Shown here piece after piece: positions 38,079-48,792 of a DNA stretch of 64,000 nucleotides. Origin of the DNA: an uncultured Candidatus Saccharibacteria bacterium (lineage in GTDB: Bacteria; Patescibacteriota; Minisyncoccia; Phycocordibacterales; DATGWK01). Position 1 is the first letter of the stretch. Every line of letters begins with the position of its first letter. The notes under the pieces were generated by a model, which made no database searches, was not told where the DNA came from, and saw only the letters and a list, made by a program, of their open reading frames with translations. The translations under genes and the position numbers were made by a program. The stretch is from assembly GCA_964492195.1 (NCBI GenBank), contig CAZBJL010000004.1, positions 3,621 to 67,620 on the forward strand. Direction: 5' to 3'.

Positions 38079-39206
38079 TTAGATTTCGTGTTTCATAGCA
38101 ATTGAAAGGATTTCTTTCGCGATCGCTCGTGCTGCGTCTGGTTTAAAGAAATTTTTTGCTGCAGTTCCCATATTCGCACGTTCGTTTGTATTATCCATAA
38201 TGCGGTCAATTTCGGATGTGAGGATGTGAGACGTCACGTTTGACTCCTCAAGCACCACGCAGGCTTTATTTCTCGCGTACGCATACGCATTTTTTCTTTG
38301 ATGGTCTCCGTGGGATTCGGTGATCGGAATAAGTATCGACGGAAGGCCCCATGACGCGATTTCAAAAATTGCCGAGCCTGCACGCGAAATAACGAGGCTT
38401 GATGCCCCTGCCGCCATTCGGAGACTTAATTCGTTGAGGTAATCAAACGCTTTGTATCGTGAAGCATGTCTGTTGTTGAAAAGAATTGCATCAGCTCGTG
38501 AAGTAATGTCTTCAAAATTATTTTTGCCGGTTTGATGAATAATCTGATATTTCTCTACGAGCTGTGGAAGTGTATCTACAATAATGTTGTTTATCATCTG
38601 GGCACCAAGTGAGCCGCCGAGAACTAAAAGAGTTGGAACATCACGATCAAGTTTCAAAAATTCATGCGCACCTTCAGTGAGAGGCTCGGTAATTTCTTTT
38701 CGAACAGGGTTGCCGGTAACCTGAACTTTTTCTTGCGGAAAGAATTTCCCCGCTTCATCAAAAGAAACTGCAATTCGTTGTGCAAACTTCCCCGCGAATT
38801 TATTTACTCGGCCAGGTACAGTGTCGGACTCATGGATAACGACGGGAATTCTAAAAAAACGTGCAGCAATGAGTACGGGAAAGCTCGCATATCCTCCTTT
38901 GCTGAACACAACATCAGGATAAATTGAAAATACTGTCCAAAGCGCTGTTAAAACTCCCCACCCTGTTTTAAAGAAATCAAAAAAGTTTTTGGAAGAACGG
39001 TAAAGCCGTTTTTTCCCCGCAGAATTTTTTTTGTAAAGGATGTTATTGTCAAACAAAAGCGCCGCATTGTACGGTGTGTCGGAAATATAATAAAGCTGTG
39101 GTGCGAGAAGTCGATATTCTTTTGAAAGTTTTTGGATTTCCTCGGCAACAGAGAGTATTGGATAAAAATGCCCACCCGAACCTCCACCAGTAAAAAGAAT
39201 CTTCAT
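38079..39206 (-). CDS. murG: Undecaprenyldiphospho-muramoylpentapeptide beta-N-acetylglucosaminyltransferase MurG
   Basis: MKILFTGGGSGGHFYP...; GT28 N- and C-terminal domains. Confidence 0.9.
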   Translation of the reverse strand: MKILFTGGGSGGHFYPILSVAEEIQKLSKEYRLLAPQLYYISDTPYNAALLFDNNILYKKNSAGKKRLYRSSKNFFDFFKTGWGVLTALWTVFSIYPDVVFSKGGYASFPVLIAARFFRIPVVIHESDTVPGRVNKFAGKFAQRIAVSFDEAGKFFPQEKVQVTGNPVRKEITEPLTEGAHEFLKLDRDVPTLLVLGGSLGAQMINNIIVDTLPQLVEKYQIIHQTGKNNFEDITSRADAILFNNRHASRYKAFDYLNELSLRMAAGASSLVISRAGSAIFEIASWGLPSILIPITESHGDHQRKNAYAYARNKACVVLEESNVTSHILTSEIDRIMDNTNERANMGTAAKNFFKPDAARAIAKEILSIAMKHEI

Positions 39207-39223
39207 GTCTTTGATTATTTAAA

Positions 39224-40330
39224 TTACGTCGTTGTTTTTTGAAAACGGGAAATATTGAGAACGATTCCGGCTTCGGCGAGGGTCATAAAGAGGGCGGTGC
39301 CACCATGACTTACAAAGAGGAGTGGAATCCCCGAAATCGGCAAAAGCCCAACCATTGCGCCAATATTGAAGAATGATTGAGTAACAATCAGTATAACAAT
39401 TCCAAATGCCAGGAGTCCACCAAAGGTGTCGGGCGAATTCATGGCGATTCTCATGCCACGAAACGTAAAAAATAAGTATAAAAATATAAGGGAAACGCCG
39501 CCCACAAAACCGAATTCTTCCGCCATTACGGCAAAGATCGAGTCGCCAATCGGTTCGGGTAAGAAGTTGAACTTCTGGACGCTTTGCCCAAATCCCCGCC
39601 CAAACATTCGTCCTGACCCGATCGCAATTAATGATTGATTGAGTTGGTAACTTGATCCTTGAATGTCGCGAGCGGGATTTATAAATGTTGCAAGACGATC
39701 CCGAATATACGGCCTCGTAAACGCAACAACGGAGAGGCCGATTGCCGCAAGGAGAATAATAAGAAGCAAATGTTTCCATTTTCCCCCGCTTACGACATAC
39801 ATCGAAATAGCCGTACCGCTCAGAATAACGAATGTGTCAGTGTCCGGCTGGCTCAAAAGGATTAAGCCAACAAGGCCGCACAGTAAAATCAAAGGTAAAA
39901 TTCCAAATTTAAAAATCTCCACGTTCTTTTTTACTCCAGAAAGCCAGGCGGCAATGTAGATTAAAAAACCAATTTTCAAAAACTCGGATGTTTGGACCGA
40001 AAACGAACCAATAATGATCCATCGTGATGCGCCACCGTGAGTAAAGCCGATTCCGGGCACAAACACGAGGAGGGTGAGAAGGATTGATAGAAGAAAAATA
40101 TAGAATGCGTACTTTCTCCAGAATAGGTAGTTAATTCGTGAGGTAATGACACATGCAACAGTTCCTAAAAACAAACCAAGAAAAATTTGGGAAAAAGCGA
40201 CGCTCGTAAAGTTGGCTCCCGCGCGAGCAAACAAACCAAGTGATGCGGAAGAGAAAATGAGAAAACCAGTAACAGTCATTACAATGACCGAAGTTAAAAA
40301 CCATCGGTCGAATCGATTTTCTCGTTTCAT
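39224..40330 (-). CDS. ftsW: SEDS-family peptidoglycan glycosyltransferase (FtsW, by neighbourhood murG/mraY)
   Basis: 10-TM SEDS protein with the conserved periplasmic loop. Internal Met 40330 chosen, which avoids overlap with mraY. Confidence 0.8.
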   Translation of the reverse strand: MKRENRFDRWFLTSVIVMTVTGFLIFSSASLGLFARAGANFTSVAFSQIFLGLFLGTVACVITSRINYLFWRKYAFYIFLLSILLTLLVFVPGIGFTHGGASRWIIIGSFSVQTSEFLKIGFLIYIAAWLSGVKKNVEIFKFGILPLILLCGLVGLILLSQPDTDTFVILSGTAISMYVVSGGKWKHLLLIILLAAIGLSVVAFTRPYIRDRLATFINPARDIQGSSYQLNQSLIAIGSGRMFGRGFGQSVQKFNFLPEPIGDSIFAVMAEEFGFVGGVSLIFLYLFFTFRGMRIAMNSPDTFGGLLAFGIVILIVTQSFFNIGAMVGLLPISGIPLLFVSHGGTALFMTLAEAGIVLNISRFQKTTT

Positions 40331-40352
40331 TGTTTTTATTATTGCACACGAA

Positions 40353-41417
40353 TTACCCAATGAGCCCTAAAATCATGCCGGCAACTGCACAGACAACTCC
40401 CAAAATCCAGAATCGCATCGTTACTTTGTAGGCGGGCCAGCCAAGTGCTTCAAAATGATGATGAAGTGGGGCAATAAGAAACACCTTCTTTCCATTACGA
40501 AACTTTTTTGAAGTAATTTGAATAATATTCGAAACCGAAGTCGCAAAAAGCGGCAACGCGATAATCGGAAGTACAAGTAGACCATATCCATCACCGAGTC
40601 TGTCTGTCATAAAGGCAATCACGGCAAGAGTCATCGTAAGACCCATAGTTCCCGTTTCAGACATATAGTAGCGGGCGGGCGGGATATTGAACCACAGAAA
40701 AGCCAGTATTGCCCCCACTATAAGCGCACAGAAGGCCGCTAGATCGATCTGTTGCTGATAGAAGGCAATTCCCCCATAAGCGGCAAAAATGCTCGCAAAA
40801 ATGCCTCCTGCGAGCCCATCAATACCGTCGATAACCCCTCCAGAATAAATAGCCAAACTGACCAACATAAAGAGCGGAATAAAGAAGTATCCGAGCTCGA
40901 TTCCAAATCCATGTGGTAAACCAATCGAAGAAATATCAAGCTTGAAGAAAAACCAGAGACCGCAGAGAAGTCCGACCGTTGCAACAACCATGAGCCGCTT
41001 TTTTAATGAAAGACCGCCTTTTTTAACTGGGTTTTCTCTTACTTCCAAAAAGTCATCGATAAGTCCAATGAATCCACCGATAAAAAGTGCAGAGAGTGGA
41101 ATCCATGTCTGATTTCTACTCAAAAAATCGATCTTTTGTGCATCCGGAAAAATCTGACCAATAAGCCAGAAAAGAATAATCGTTGCTCCTGCTGAAAGCC
41201 AAATAACCGAGCCACCCATTCGAGGCACCTTCACTTCCCTTTCTTTGTGGAGTTCATTAAAAAGCGGAGTAGCTTTTCCGGAAAGATCTATCTTCCCCGC
41301 CTGCTTTTTCCACATTCTGTATTTGTAGAGTTGCGCGGTAAGAATTGGGGTGATGAGAATACCACTTGCAAATGCGAGCACCGACGGCAGAGAAACTTTT
41401 ACGATATCGATAATCAT
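40353..41417 (-). CDS. mraY: Phospho-N-acetylmuramoyl-pentapeptide-transferase MraY
   Basis: 354 aa polytopic; conserved DD...D and HHH-loop regions (APLHHHFE). Confidence 0.9.
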   Translation of the reverse strand: MIIDIVKVSLPSVLAFASGILITPILTAQLYKYRMWKKQAGKIDLSGKATPLFNELHKEREVKVPRMGGSVIWLSAGATIILFWLIGQIFPDAQKIDFLSRNQTWIPLSALFIGGFIGLIDDFLEVRENPVKKGGLSLKKRLMVVATVGLLCGLWFFFKLDISSIGLPHGFGIELGYFFIPLFMLVSLAIYSGGVIDGIDGLAGGIFASIFAAYGGIAFYQQQIDLAAFCALIVGAILAFLWFNIPPARYYMSETGTMGLTMTLAVIAFMTDRLGDGYGLLVLPIIALPLFATSVSNIIQITSKKFRNGKKVFLIAPLHHHFEALGWPAYKVTMRFWILGVVCAVAGMILGLIG

Positions 41418-41434
41418 GTAGGTATTATAGTGTC

Positions 41435-42397
41435 TTATTTACCAATCATTGCAATTGTTGCATCGATAAGTTTTTGAATGTCGGTGAAGCGTCCGTCGTA
41501 CGTAGAACCAATCACGACCGCGACGTATGGGCCTTCGAGTCCCGGTGAAAACGCGACAATTAAATTGCCTCCAGCCAAATCGGTAAAGCCGGTTTTCGAA
41601 CCAATGATACCAGGCACTGTTTCAACAGACGTATTTGTATTTTTAATATTATGAACACCGCTCTTTTCAGAAACAATTTCAAGTTTTGAATGAGTAGTTG
41701 GTTCGAGAAGATCAGGATGGTTTTGTAAAATGTAATCCATGAGAACTGCCATGTCTTTGGCGTCACCGTACGCACCGCTCTTTTCGGTATTCAAATCAAG
41801 ACCGCTGTCATTATAGAAATTAACCGATGCAAGACCGATCTTTTGAGCGCGATCGTTCATGTACTGGACGAAGAGTTCTTTTGGATCAGCAGCCTTGTTT
41901 CTCATGAGGAATGAACCTGCGGCGGAAGCGATTACGTTTGCTCCAGCATTTGATGAAGTAATGAGCGTATGAGAAATGAGGTCTTTTGTCGTCCAGTTGT
42001 CATTGACTTGGAGTTGTGAGTCATTTGCGTCCAAAAGATATTCTTTTGCGATGCGGATAGTCGAATGTTGTGGAAGGAGCTCTGTTGCGGCAAGTGCGGT
42101 CATAAGTTTTGTAAGAGATGCAAGAGGCAGAATCTCATTTCCATTTCTTTGATATATAAAATTTCTATTTCGAACATCCCACACCACAGCTGCCCGCGCA
42201 GAAAGTGTAAGTGTGTCAAACGGTGTACTTGTGGCTGCGGGGTGGTTTATAACGACAGGACGAGTAATGTCGTCAGTTTTTTTATATGGATTTTGTGAAA
42301 AAGAAAAGAGATAGAAAATTACGACAATAACAACACCGACTACGCCGATGGCAATAAAAACTTTATCATTCTTGTTTTGTATTTCAGAGTTGTCCAT
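41435..42397 (-). CDS. dacA: D-alanyl-D-alanine carboxypeptidase (S11, PBP5/6-like)
   Basis: SxxK (ASLTKLMT), SxN (TSSNAGAN), KTG (SKTGFTD); N-terminal TM. Confidence 0.85.
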   Translation of the reverse strand: MDNSEIQNKNDKVFIAIGVVGVVIVVIFYLFSFSQNPYKKTDDITRPVVINHPAATSTPFDTLTLSARAAVVWDVRNRNFIYQRNGNEILPLASLTKLMTALAATELLPQHSTIRIAKEYLLDANDSQLQVNDNWTTKDLISHTLITSSNAGANVIASAAGSFLMRNKAADPKELFVQYMNDRAQKIGLASVNFYNDSGLDLNTEKSGAYGDAKDMAVLMDYILQNHPDLLEPTTHSKLEIVSEKSGVHNIKNTNTSVETVPGIIGSKTGFTDLAGGNLIVAFSPGLEGPYVAVVIGSTYDGRFTDIQKLIDATIAMIGK

Positions 42398-42938
42398 GTT
42401 CTTCTTTTGAAACTGTCTCGCCCATCATGAAGTTTTTTAGATCATTTTGAATGTTCCCAAATTCTGGCAATTCTTCGATCTTTGTAATTCCAACATGAGC
42501 TAAAAGTTCAAACGTCGGTTTATACATAAAACTTCGAGCGTCTTTACTCTCTACTCGTTCAATGAGTCCGCGAACCATGAGGTTCCTTACAATATAACTC
42601 GAATTCACTCCTCTGATGTAATCGATATCGCGTTTAGAAATTGGTCCTTTGTAAATAACAAGAGACAAAACTTCTGTAGCCGATTTGGTCAAATCCTGTG
42701 CGAGCTCTTCTTTCGTCAGTTTTTTGATGATGTCGTTTGCGTTTGGAGACGTGTACAGCATGAACTCATCTCCGTTTCGTACGACCACAAGTCCTCTTCC
42801 TTCAAGATTTTTTTCAAGTGCAGAGATTGAGGTTTCGATAGTTACAGCATCTGTTTCAAAAAAATGAGTGAGTTCTTTCATGCTCACCGGTTCACCTTTC
42901 CAAAAAAGCAATGCTTCGATTTTTGATTCAAGAGACAT
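42384..42938 (-). CDS. scpB: Segregation and condensation protein B
   Basis: Tandem winged-helix pattern; IEALLFWKGEPVS... typical ScpB N-terminus. Confidence 0.85.
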   Translation of the reverse strand: MSLESKIEALLFWKGEPVSMKELTHFFETDAVTIETSISALEKNLEGRGLVVVRNGDEFMLYTSPNANDIIKKLTKEELAQDLTKSATEVLSLVIYKGPISKRDIDYIRGVNSSYIVRNLMVRGLIERVESKDARSFMYKPTFELLAHVGITKIEELPEFGNIQNDLKNFMMGETVSKEEHGQL

Positions 42939-42949
42939 CTTTTTACGCG

Positions 42950-43672
42950 TTAACTATATTTAGGAACACCAACATTTTCTGTTTCGATGTCGATTTCACC
43001 AAATGACCCTCTTTGTTCAACTCGAACAACTCCGCGTCTCACAAGTTCGAGAAGCGCCAGAAACCCAACTATAACATTAATTTTTTCAGCTTTCCCGCCG
43101 TTCGCAAAATCTTTAAAGTTCATTTTTAAATTCTGTTCAACTCTTTTTGTGAGACGTTCAATCATTTCTTCAAGACTTACGACTTTCTGCACAATTACTT
43201 TCGGGAGATTTTCTGTTTTAGGAATTTGTGCAATGATTTTCTGCATTGCGGCAACGATGCTCATCTGTGAAATTTTTCCAGGAGAAAAAACTGTTTCCAT
43301 AAAATCTCTTTTTTGTGGAGCGTGGAGTATGGTTTCACCGAATCTTTTTTGAAGTTCTACACCTGCATCCCGAATTTTTTTATACACAGCTAGTCTCATT
43401 TCAAGAGATTTAATGTCACCTTGTTCTTCTTGTGTGAGTTCAAGGGTCGGTAAAAGTGATTTTGATTTTATAAGAAGGAGCGTTGCAGCAACTAAAATAA
43501 AATGAGCACTTTCACCCATTGGAAATTTTTCCTGTGATTCAATATAGCCAATAAAATCATCGGTAACTTTTGCAAGGGAGATTTCGTTTACGAGAAGTTT
43601 CCGCTGCTCAATAAGGTCGAGCAACAGGTTAAACGGCCCTTCAAAATGTTCAGTCTTAACTTCAAAGCCCAT
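42950..43672 (-). CDS. scpA: Segregation and condensation protein A
   Basis: FEGPFNLLLDLIEQRKL...; kleisin ScpA family; 240 aa. Confidence 0.85.
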   Translation of the reverse strand: MGFEVKTEHFEGPFNLLLDLIEQRKLLVNEISLAKVTDDFIGYIESQEKFPMGESAHFILVAATLLLIKSKSLLPTLELTQEEQGDIKSLEMRLAVYKKIRDAGVELQKRFGETILHAPQKRDFMETVFSPGKISQMSIVAAMQKIIAQIPKTENLPKVIVQKVVSLEEMIERLTKRVEQNLKMNFKDFANGGKAEKINVIVGFLALLELVRRGVVRVEQRGSFGEIDIETENVGVPKYS

Positions 43673-43683
43673 GTGTTTTCGAT

Positions 43684-44661
43684 TTATATAGAAATACCAA
43701 TCGCCTCTTTTACCGCAGCCATTTTCTTTTCAGAAACAGTTTGAGCGTGTTCTGCTCCAGCCTTAAGAAACTCCACGATTGATTCAGGATCAGATTCAAC
43801 TTCTGCCTTTCTTTTTCGGAATGGAGTAACAAAACGAGAAATATGTTCTGCTAAAAGCTCTTTCGATTCTTTATAGCCAATTTTTCCACCAATATATTTT
43901 TCTCGAAGATCAGCGAGTTCGTCTTTGTCTGCAAACAGTGTGTGAAGTGCAAAAACTTTGCAGGTGTCTGGGTCTTTTGGTTCGGTAACACCTTTCGAGT
44001 CTGTTGGAATTTTCATTACTGCTGTTTTGATTTCAGCATCAGTATCAAAAATACCAATCGTATTGTTGTAGCTTTTACTCATTTTTTGGCCGTCTGTACC
44101 GGGAACTACGCCGACTTCTTCAAGAATAAGCGGTTCGGGAAGTTTAAAAACATCACTAAACGTATGATTAAATTTTTGCGCTGTGTCACGAGTAATTTCA
44201 ACGTGCTGTTTTTGGTCATGCCCCACTGGGACAACATCCGCGTCGTATAACAAAATATCTGCAGCCATAAGAAGTGGGTATCCAAAAACTCCCGCATTGA
44301 TTTCTTTGTTTTTCGCTTCAGCATCTTTGAAAGCATGTGCGCGCATAAGGTATGGCATCGTTGTGATGCAATTGAAAATCCATGCGAGTTCCGTATGAGC
44401 CGGCACTGCAGACTGCACAAAAATAGTCGTTTTTTTAGGATCCAGACCAAGGGCCACGTATGAAGCCGCAATATCAAGAATGTTCTTCCTCATTTCCTCT
44501 GCATTATAGAGAGAGGTAAGCGCATGAAGATCAGCGATAAATACAAAAGATTCATGAGAATTACTCAGATCTATAAATTGCTTGATCGCGCCAAAATAAT
44601 TACCAATATGAAGCCGGCCAGTCGGTTTAATTCCAGAAACGAGGGTTTTTGTGTGTGACAT
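43684..44661 (-). CDS. trpS: Tryptophanyl-tRNA synthetase
   Basis: Start at ATG 44661 (MSHTKTLVSGIKPTGRLHIGNY...), KMSKS present. The upstream part of the track ORF is not TrpRS-like. Confidence 0.9.
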   Translation of the reverse strand: MSHTKTLVSGIKPTGRLHIGNYFGAIKQFIDLSNSHESFVFIADLHALTSLYNAEEMRKNILDIAASYVALGLDPKKTTIFVQSAVPAHTELAWIFNCITTMPYLMRAHAFKDAEAKNKEINAGVFGYPLLMAADILLYDADVVPVGHDQKQHVEITRDTAQKFNHTFSDVFKLPEPLILEEVGVVPGTDGQKMSKSYNNTIGIFDTDAEIKTAVMKIPTDSKGVTEPKDPDTCKVFALHTLFADKDELADLREKYIGGKIGYKESKELLAEHISRFVTPFRKRKAEVESDPESIVEFLKAGAEHAQTVSEKKMAAVKEAIGISI

Positions 44662-44816
44662 GTTGGAATAATACCAGGAAAATTGGCTTGGGCGAAGGGT
44701 AAAAGAAAACCCCGAAGCCAATGAACGGAACATCATTGACCTTTTTAAATTATTCAGCATAATTATCGGGGATTATTCAAGACGCTCTTTTGTAACAACA
44801 CTGAAAAGGAAACACA

Positions 44817-45218
44817 ATGTCGCCCAAGGAAATCGTCGCTCGGCTTGCTTTCGGTACCTGCCTGCTCGACGGAATGGCTATCGAAATCCATGAAAGCGTT
44901 GAACTTGTGAGGAGTTTGAGTGGAATAAGAAACTTGGTTGAAAGCCCACTCGAATTCCAAAATGGCTTGTACAAGTGGCGGGTGTCTTCTAATTCAGCTA
45001 CATGCTTGATACAGGAAGGTGACACCTGGGTGGTGATATTCACTGACGGCAACAGTTCACCACTTAATCAAGGTTCCGTACTTGAAAGGGAGAACATCAT
45101 CAAGGTTCACGAAGCTCTTGATTGTTTCGTAGAAGGAATGCTCCAGAAATTTCCAGACCTTGAAAAGAAATGGGCACACATTCTCGAGGCTTCTACTTAC
45201 CAGGCATGTGTATTCTAG
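44817..45218 (+). CDS. Hypothetical protein (133 aa), opposite-strand islet gene 1
   Basis: Protein-like composition. Own promoter-like sequence upstream (TTGACC...ATAATT about 44733..44768) and a downstream hairpin terminator. No family recognised. Confidence 0.5.
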   Translation: MSPKEIVARLAFGTCLLDGMAIEIHESVELVRSLSGIRNLVESPLEFQNGLYKWRVSSNSATCLIQEGDTWVVIFTDGNSSPLNQGSVLERENIIKVHEALDCFVEGMLQKFPDLEKKWAHILEASTYQACVF

Positions 45219-45240
45219 GGACAATAGTAGAAATTTATTT

Positions 45241-45272
45241 AAAAACCGCGGCCAGATTGGCAGCGGTTTTCT
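45241..45272. terminator. Hairpin terminator after islet gene 1
   Basis: aaaaACCGC-ggccagattggca-GCGGTtttt. Confidence 0.4.
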
Positions 45273-45273
45273 A

Positions 45274-45302
45274 TTGACATTTTAAGTATTAGGGTGTATA
45301 AT
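45274..45302 (+). promoter_or_regulatory. Consensus sigma-70 promoter TTGACA-17-TATAAT
   Basis: ttgaca 45274..45279, 17-nt spacer, tataat 45297..45302. A leader hairpin cctat-tcgtatgg-atagg follows at 45319..45336, then SD gggagaagaagg before ATG 45358. Confidence 0.6.
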
Positions 45303-45357
45303 TTTATATAGGAAATTCCTATTCGTATGGATAGGTCGCCCGCAAGGGAGAAGAAGG

Positions 45358-45687
45358 TTGATTCCCTACCTTAGCCAATGGGATGGACTTAGTTTGGAGA
45401 TTCAAATGCGTCTAAACATTAAGCTCGGCCCGCCCACCTTCGGAATGTCAGTTTCCTTGTTTCATGGAGACAGTTCGAAACGCATTCCTGTGAAGTTTAC
45501 GCTTGAGAATGGTCTTGAGATCGATGTCATAATTGATGGTGTGGATCGGGAAAGCGGAAATGGTGAGTCCTGGTTATTTAGAGGGTGGTGTGAGATGAGC
45601 GACACACACATCGGAAAGGTAAGCGGGTATTTCAATACCCGCACAAGAACTGGCTGTATCGAAGAACCGATTCCGGTGCTCAGGTAG
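45358..45687 (+). CDS. Hypothetical protein (109 aa), opposite-strand islet gene 2
   Basis: Good SD. Bracketed by a consensus promoter and a strong terminator. No family recognised. Confidence 0.5.
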   Translation: MIPYLSQWDGLSLEIQMRLNIKLGPPTFGMSVSLFHGDSSKRIPVKFTLENGLEIDVIIDGVDRESGNGESWLFRGWCEMSDTHIGKVSGYFNTRTRTGCIEEPIPVLR

Positions 45688-45701
45688 ATAGAGATTTCGG
45701 G

Positions 45702-45728
45702 GCCCCCACCAAGACGTGGGGGCTTTTG
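45702..45728 (+). terminator. Rho-independent terminator
   Basis: gcccccac-caagac-gtgggggc followed by tttt. Confidence 0.7.
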
Positions 45729-45745
45729 TATTATTTATACAAAAA

Positions 45746-46822
45746 CTAAATCCCCTCTTTTTTTAATTCCTCAACTTTCTTTTTTGCTTCACGGGAAAGA
45801 GATTTTGGTAGTTCGATGATAATGCGAACCATAATGTCGCCTCGTTTTTTATTTTCATCTGGCACACCCTTGCCTTTGATGCGGAGTACTTCACCAAAAG
45901 AAATATTTGCTGGAATTTTTACCGCTATGTCCCCATCAAGTGTTTTGAGAGTATATTCCCCGCCCAATAGAGCGTCGGAAAGTTTAATCTTGAGATCGGT
46001 AATGAGGTTGAGTCCCTCTTTTCGGAAAAGTGGATGTTTTTTAACATGGACTTTTATGTACAAATCTCCTGACGTTCCGCCGGAAACACTTTCACCTGCT
46101 CCGGTAAGGCGGATCATTTCTCCATCTTCGATTCCAGAAGGAATTTTGACATTGATCTCACTTTCGCGGCGATTTACACCAGCACCATTACAAGTTTTAC
46201 ATTTTTCATCAGGTACTTTGCCTTGGCCGTGACAGGTTGCACAGGTTCGTTCTGTAGCAAATGAACCGAGAATTGTGCCCCGAACTTCACGAATCTTTCC
46301 TTTACCGTTACATGTTTTGCAGGTAGAAAGTTTGGTACCAGGCGCACCTCCAGAACCTGCACAGGTTTGGCACGTAGACGTTTTGTTGAGAAGAATTTTT
46401 CGACTAATTCCGAAAACCGCTTCCTCAAACGTTAACTCAATATCAATCGAAATGTCTCGCCCACGTTTTGTTTGGCTCGATCTGCCTCCACCAAAAAAAT
46501 CTGAAAAAATATCTCCGAAATTAAAGTCACCATTTCCACCCTGTGTGAACTGAGAAAAATCAAAACCTTCAAAGCCCCCAGCACCTGGTCTTTCACCGTC
46601 GTTAAACACACGTCCATACGCATCGTATTCTGAACGTTTTTTGTCATCAAAAAGGACCGTGTATGCTTCGTTTACTTCTTTAAACTTAGCTTCGTCACCG
46701 CCTTTTTTGTCCGGGTGATATTTGTGCGCTAACGTTCTGAAGGCCTTTTTTACCTCATCTTTAGTAGCACTTTTTTCAACACCGAGGATTTTGTAATAAT
46801 CTTTCGCCATAAGTAGGTGCAC
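45746..46822 (-). CDS. dnaJ: Chaperone DnaJ
   Basis: J-domain with HPD (KYHPDKK), G/F region, four CxxCxGxG zinc repeats, C-terminal domains. Confidence 0.95.
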   Translation of the reverse strand: MHLLMAKDYYKILGVEKSATKDEVKKAFRTLAHKYHPDKKGGDEAKFKEVNEAYTVLFDDKKRSEYDAYGRVFNDGERPGAGGFEGFDFSQFTQGGNGDFNFGDIFSDFFGGGRSSQTKRGRDISIDIELTFEEAVFGISRKILLNKTSTCQTCAGSGGAPGTKLSTCKTCNGKGKIREVRGTILGSFATERTCATCHGQGKVPDEKCKTCNGAGVNRRESEINVKIPSGIEDGEMIRLTGAGESVSGGTSGDLYIKVHVKKHPLFRKEGLNLITDLKIKLSDALLGGEYTLKTLDGDIAVKIPANISFGEVLRIKGKGVPDENKKRGDIMVRIIIELPKSLSREAKKKVEELKKEGI

Positions 46823-48723
46823 TACATCTTCGGTTCTGTGCCTTCTGGTCCTTCTTTGAATTCTGCGTCACGAGCGGTGTCTTTTCCATCACCATTTCCA
46901 GGATTTGTTTGTCCTCCTTGCGCACCTTGATTCATGTGCTGACCAATTTTCTGAATTTCGTTAGAAAGTTCAGTAGTTGCACTTTTAATAGCATCCATGT
47001 TGTCGCTATTCTTCTCTTTCTTAAGGGTTTCAATCTTGTCTGTAATTGATTTCTTTACATCGTCAGGTACTTTTGAACCTGCATCAGCAAGTGCCTTTTC
47101 TGTCGTATAGACGAGTTGTTCGGCGAGGTTTTTTGCTTCCACAAGATCTTTCTTTTTTCTGTCGTCTTCGGCATGTGCTTCAGCGTCTTTTTGCATTTTC
47201 AAGATGTCTTCTTTTGAAAGACCGGAACTTGCCTCAATTCGAATCGATTGCTCGCGATTACTTGCTTTGTCTTTTGCTTTCACGCTCAAAATACCGTTCG
47301 CGTCGATGTCAAAGGTGACTTCAATCTGCGGCATACCGCGCTGAGATGGTGGAATACCGTCGAGAATAAATCTGCCAAGGCTTTTATTATCTGATGCCAT
47401 TGGTCGTTCTCCTTGAAGGACGTGGATTTCAACAGAAGTTTGGTTGTCAGCAGCAGTCGAGAACACTTGAGATTTTGATGCAGGAACCGTTGTGTTCTTG
47501 TCGATCAATTTTGTTCCAACACCTCCCATTGTTTCGATTCCAAGAGAAAGCGGAATAACGTCGAGAAGTAAAATATCTTTTACATCTCCTGAAATAATTC
47601 CACCTTGAATTGCTGCACCAAGCGCCACAACTTCGTCAGGATTAATTGATTTGTTTGGTTCTTTGCCAAAGAATTTCTTTACTTCTTCAACAATTTTTGG
47701 CATTCGAGTCTGTCCTCCAACGAGAATAACTTCATTAAGGTCTCCTACTTTAAACGGAGATGCTTCCATCGCTCGCTTCGTGATCATGATTGCGCGATCA
47801 ATGAACTCTTGAACCAAATCTTCAAGTTTTGCTCGGCTCATTTTTAATACAAAGTGTTTTGGACCAGAGGCGTCTGAAGTAATGAATGGAATGTTGATTT
47901 CAGTATCAAGCGCAGTTGAGAGCTCGATTTTGGCTTTTTCAGCAGCTTCATCGAGGCGTTGGAGGGCGAATGCGTCAGTTCGAAGGTCGATACCGTGTTC
48001 TTTTTTAAATTCTTCTGCAAGCCAGCCGATTATTTTCTGGTCAATGTCGCGACCGCCCAAATGACTGTCTCCGTCAGTAGATTTTACTTCAACGATTTCG
48101 TCGCCAACTTCGAGAATGGAAATATCAAAAGTTCCACCTCCAAAATCGAAGACGGCAATTTTCTCTTCTTTCTTTTTATTAAAACCATACGCAAGGGCAG
48201 CAGCTGTTGGTTCGTTAATGATTCGTTTTACATCAAGACCAGCAATTTGTCCTGCGTCTTTCGTTGCCTTTCTTTGTGCATCGTTAAAGTATGCCGGAAC
48301 GGTAATGATTGCTTCTGTAACCTTTTCACCAAGTTTTGCTTCGGCATCGCTTTTTAGTTTCTGCAAAATCATCGCTGAAATTTCTTCTGGGCGATAGTCT
48401 TTTCCAGACATTTTAACCATGACGCCGCCGTCTGTTCCTTTTGAAATGTCGTACGGAACATTTGCTTTGTCGCGCTGAACAGCCGGATCCTCAAAATTGT
48501 GACCAATGAAGCGTTTAATACCAACAATTGTTCCCTTCGGATTTGTTACAGACTGGCGTTTTGCCAAAAGTCCAACGAGTCGTTCGCCGGTTTTTGAAGT
48601 AGCAATAATAGACGGAGTAGTTCTTCCACCTTCAGAATTTTCAAGAATTTTTGGACCACCGATGTCCATGACTGCAACGGCTGAATTTGTTGTTCCAAGA
48701 TCGATTCCAATTATTTTTGCCAT
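46822..48723 (-). CDS. dnaK: Chaperone DnaK (Hsp70)
   Basis: [14 protein letters not shown]..., DLGGGTFD, full Hsp70 length of 633 aa. Confidence 0.97.
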   Translation of the reverse strand: MAKIIGIDLGTTNSAVAVMDIGGPKILENSEGGRTTPSIIATSKTGERLVGLLAKRQSVTNPKGTIVGIKRFIGHNFEDPAVQRDKANVPYDISKGTDGGVMVKMSGKDYRPEEISAMILQKLKSDAEAKLGEKVTEAIITVPAYFNDAQRKATKDAGQIAGLDVKRIINEPTAAALAYGFNKKKEEKIAVFDFGGGTFDISILEVGDEIVEVKSTDGDSHLGGRDIDQKIIGWLAEEFKKEHGIDLRTDAFALQRLDEAAEKAKIELSTALDTEINIPFITSDASGPKHFVLKMSRAKLEDLVQEFIDRAIMITKRAMEASPFKVGDLNEVILVGGQTRMPKIVEEVKKFFGKEPNKSINPDEVVALGAAIQGGIISGDVKDILLLDVIPLSLGIETMGGVGTKLIDKNTTVPASKSQVFSTAADNQTSVEIHVLQGERPMASDNKSLGRFILDGIPPSQRGMPQIEVTFDIDANGILSVKAKDKASNREQSIRIEASSGLSKEDILKMQKDAEAHAEDDRKKKDLVEAKNLAEQLVYTTEKALADAGSKVPDDVKKSITDKIETLKKEKNSDNMDAIKSATTELSNEIQKIGQHMNQGAQGGQTNPGNGDGKDTARDAEFKEGPEGTEPKM

Positions 48724-48792
48724 GGTTTTATGTAATTAAATCGTGTAATAATTTGCCTCAAGTATATTCGTCTCACCTCTCAATTTCAAGTT

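Noticed and set aside
44763-45052. Minus-strand ORFs 44763..44960 and 44777..45052
   Set aside because: Antisense to islet gene 1. No RBS. Less protein-like than the plus-strand ORF.
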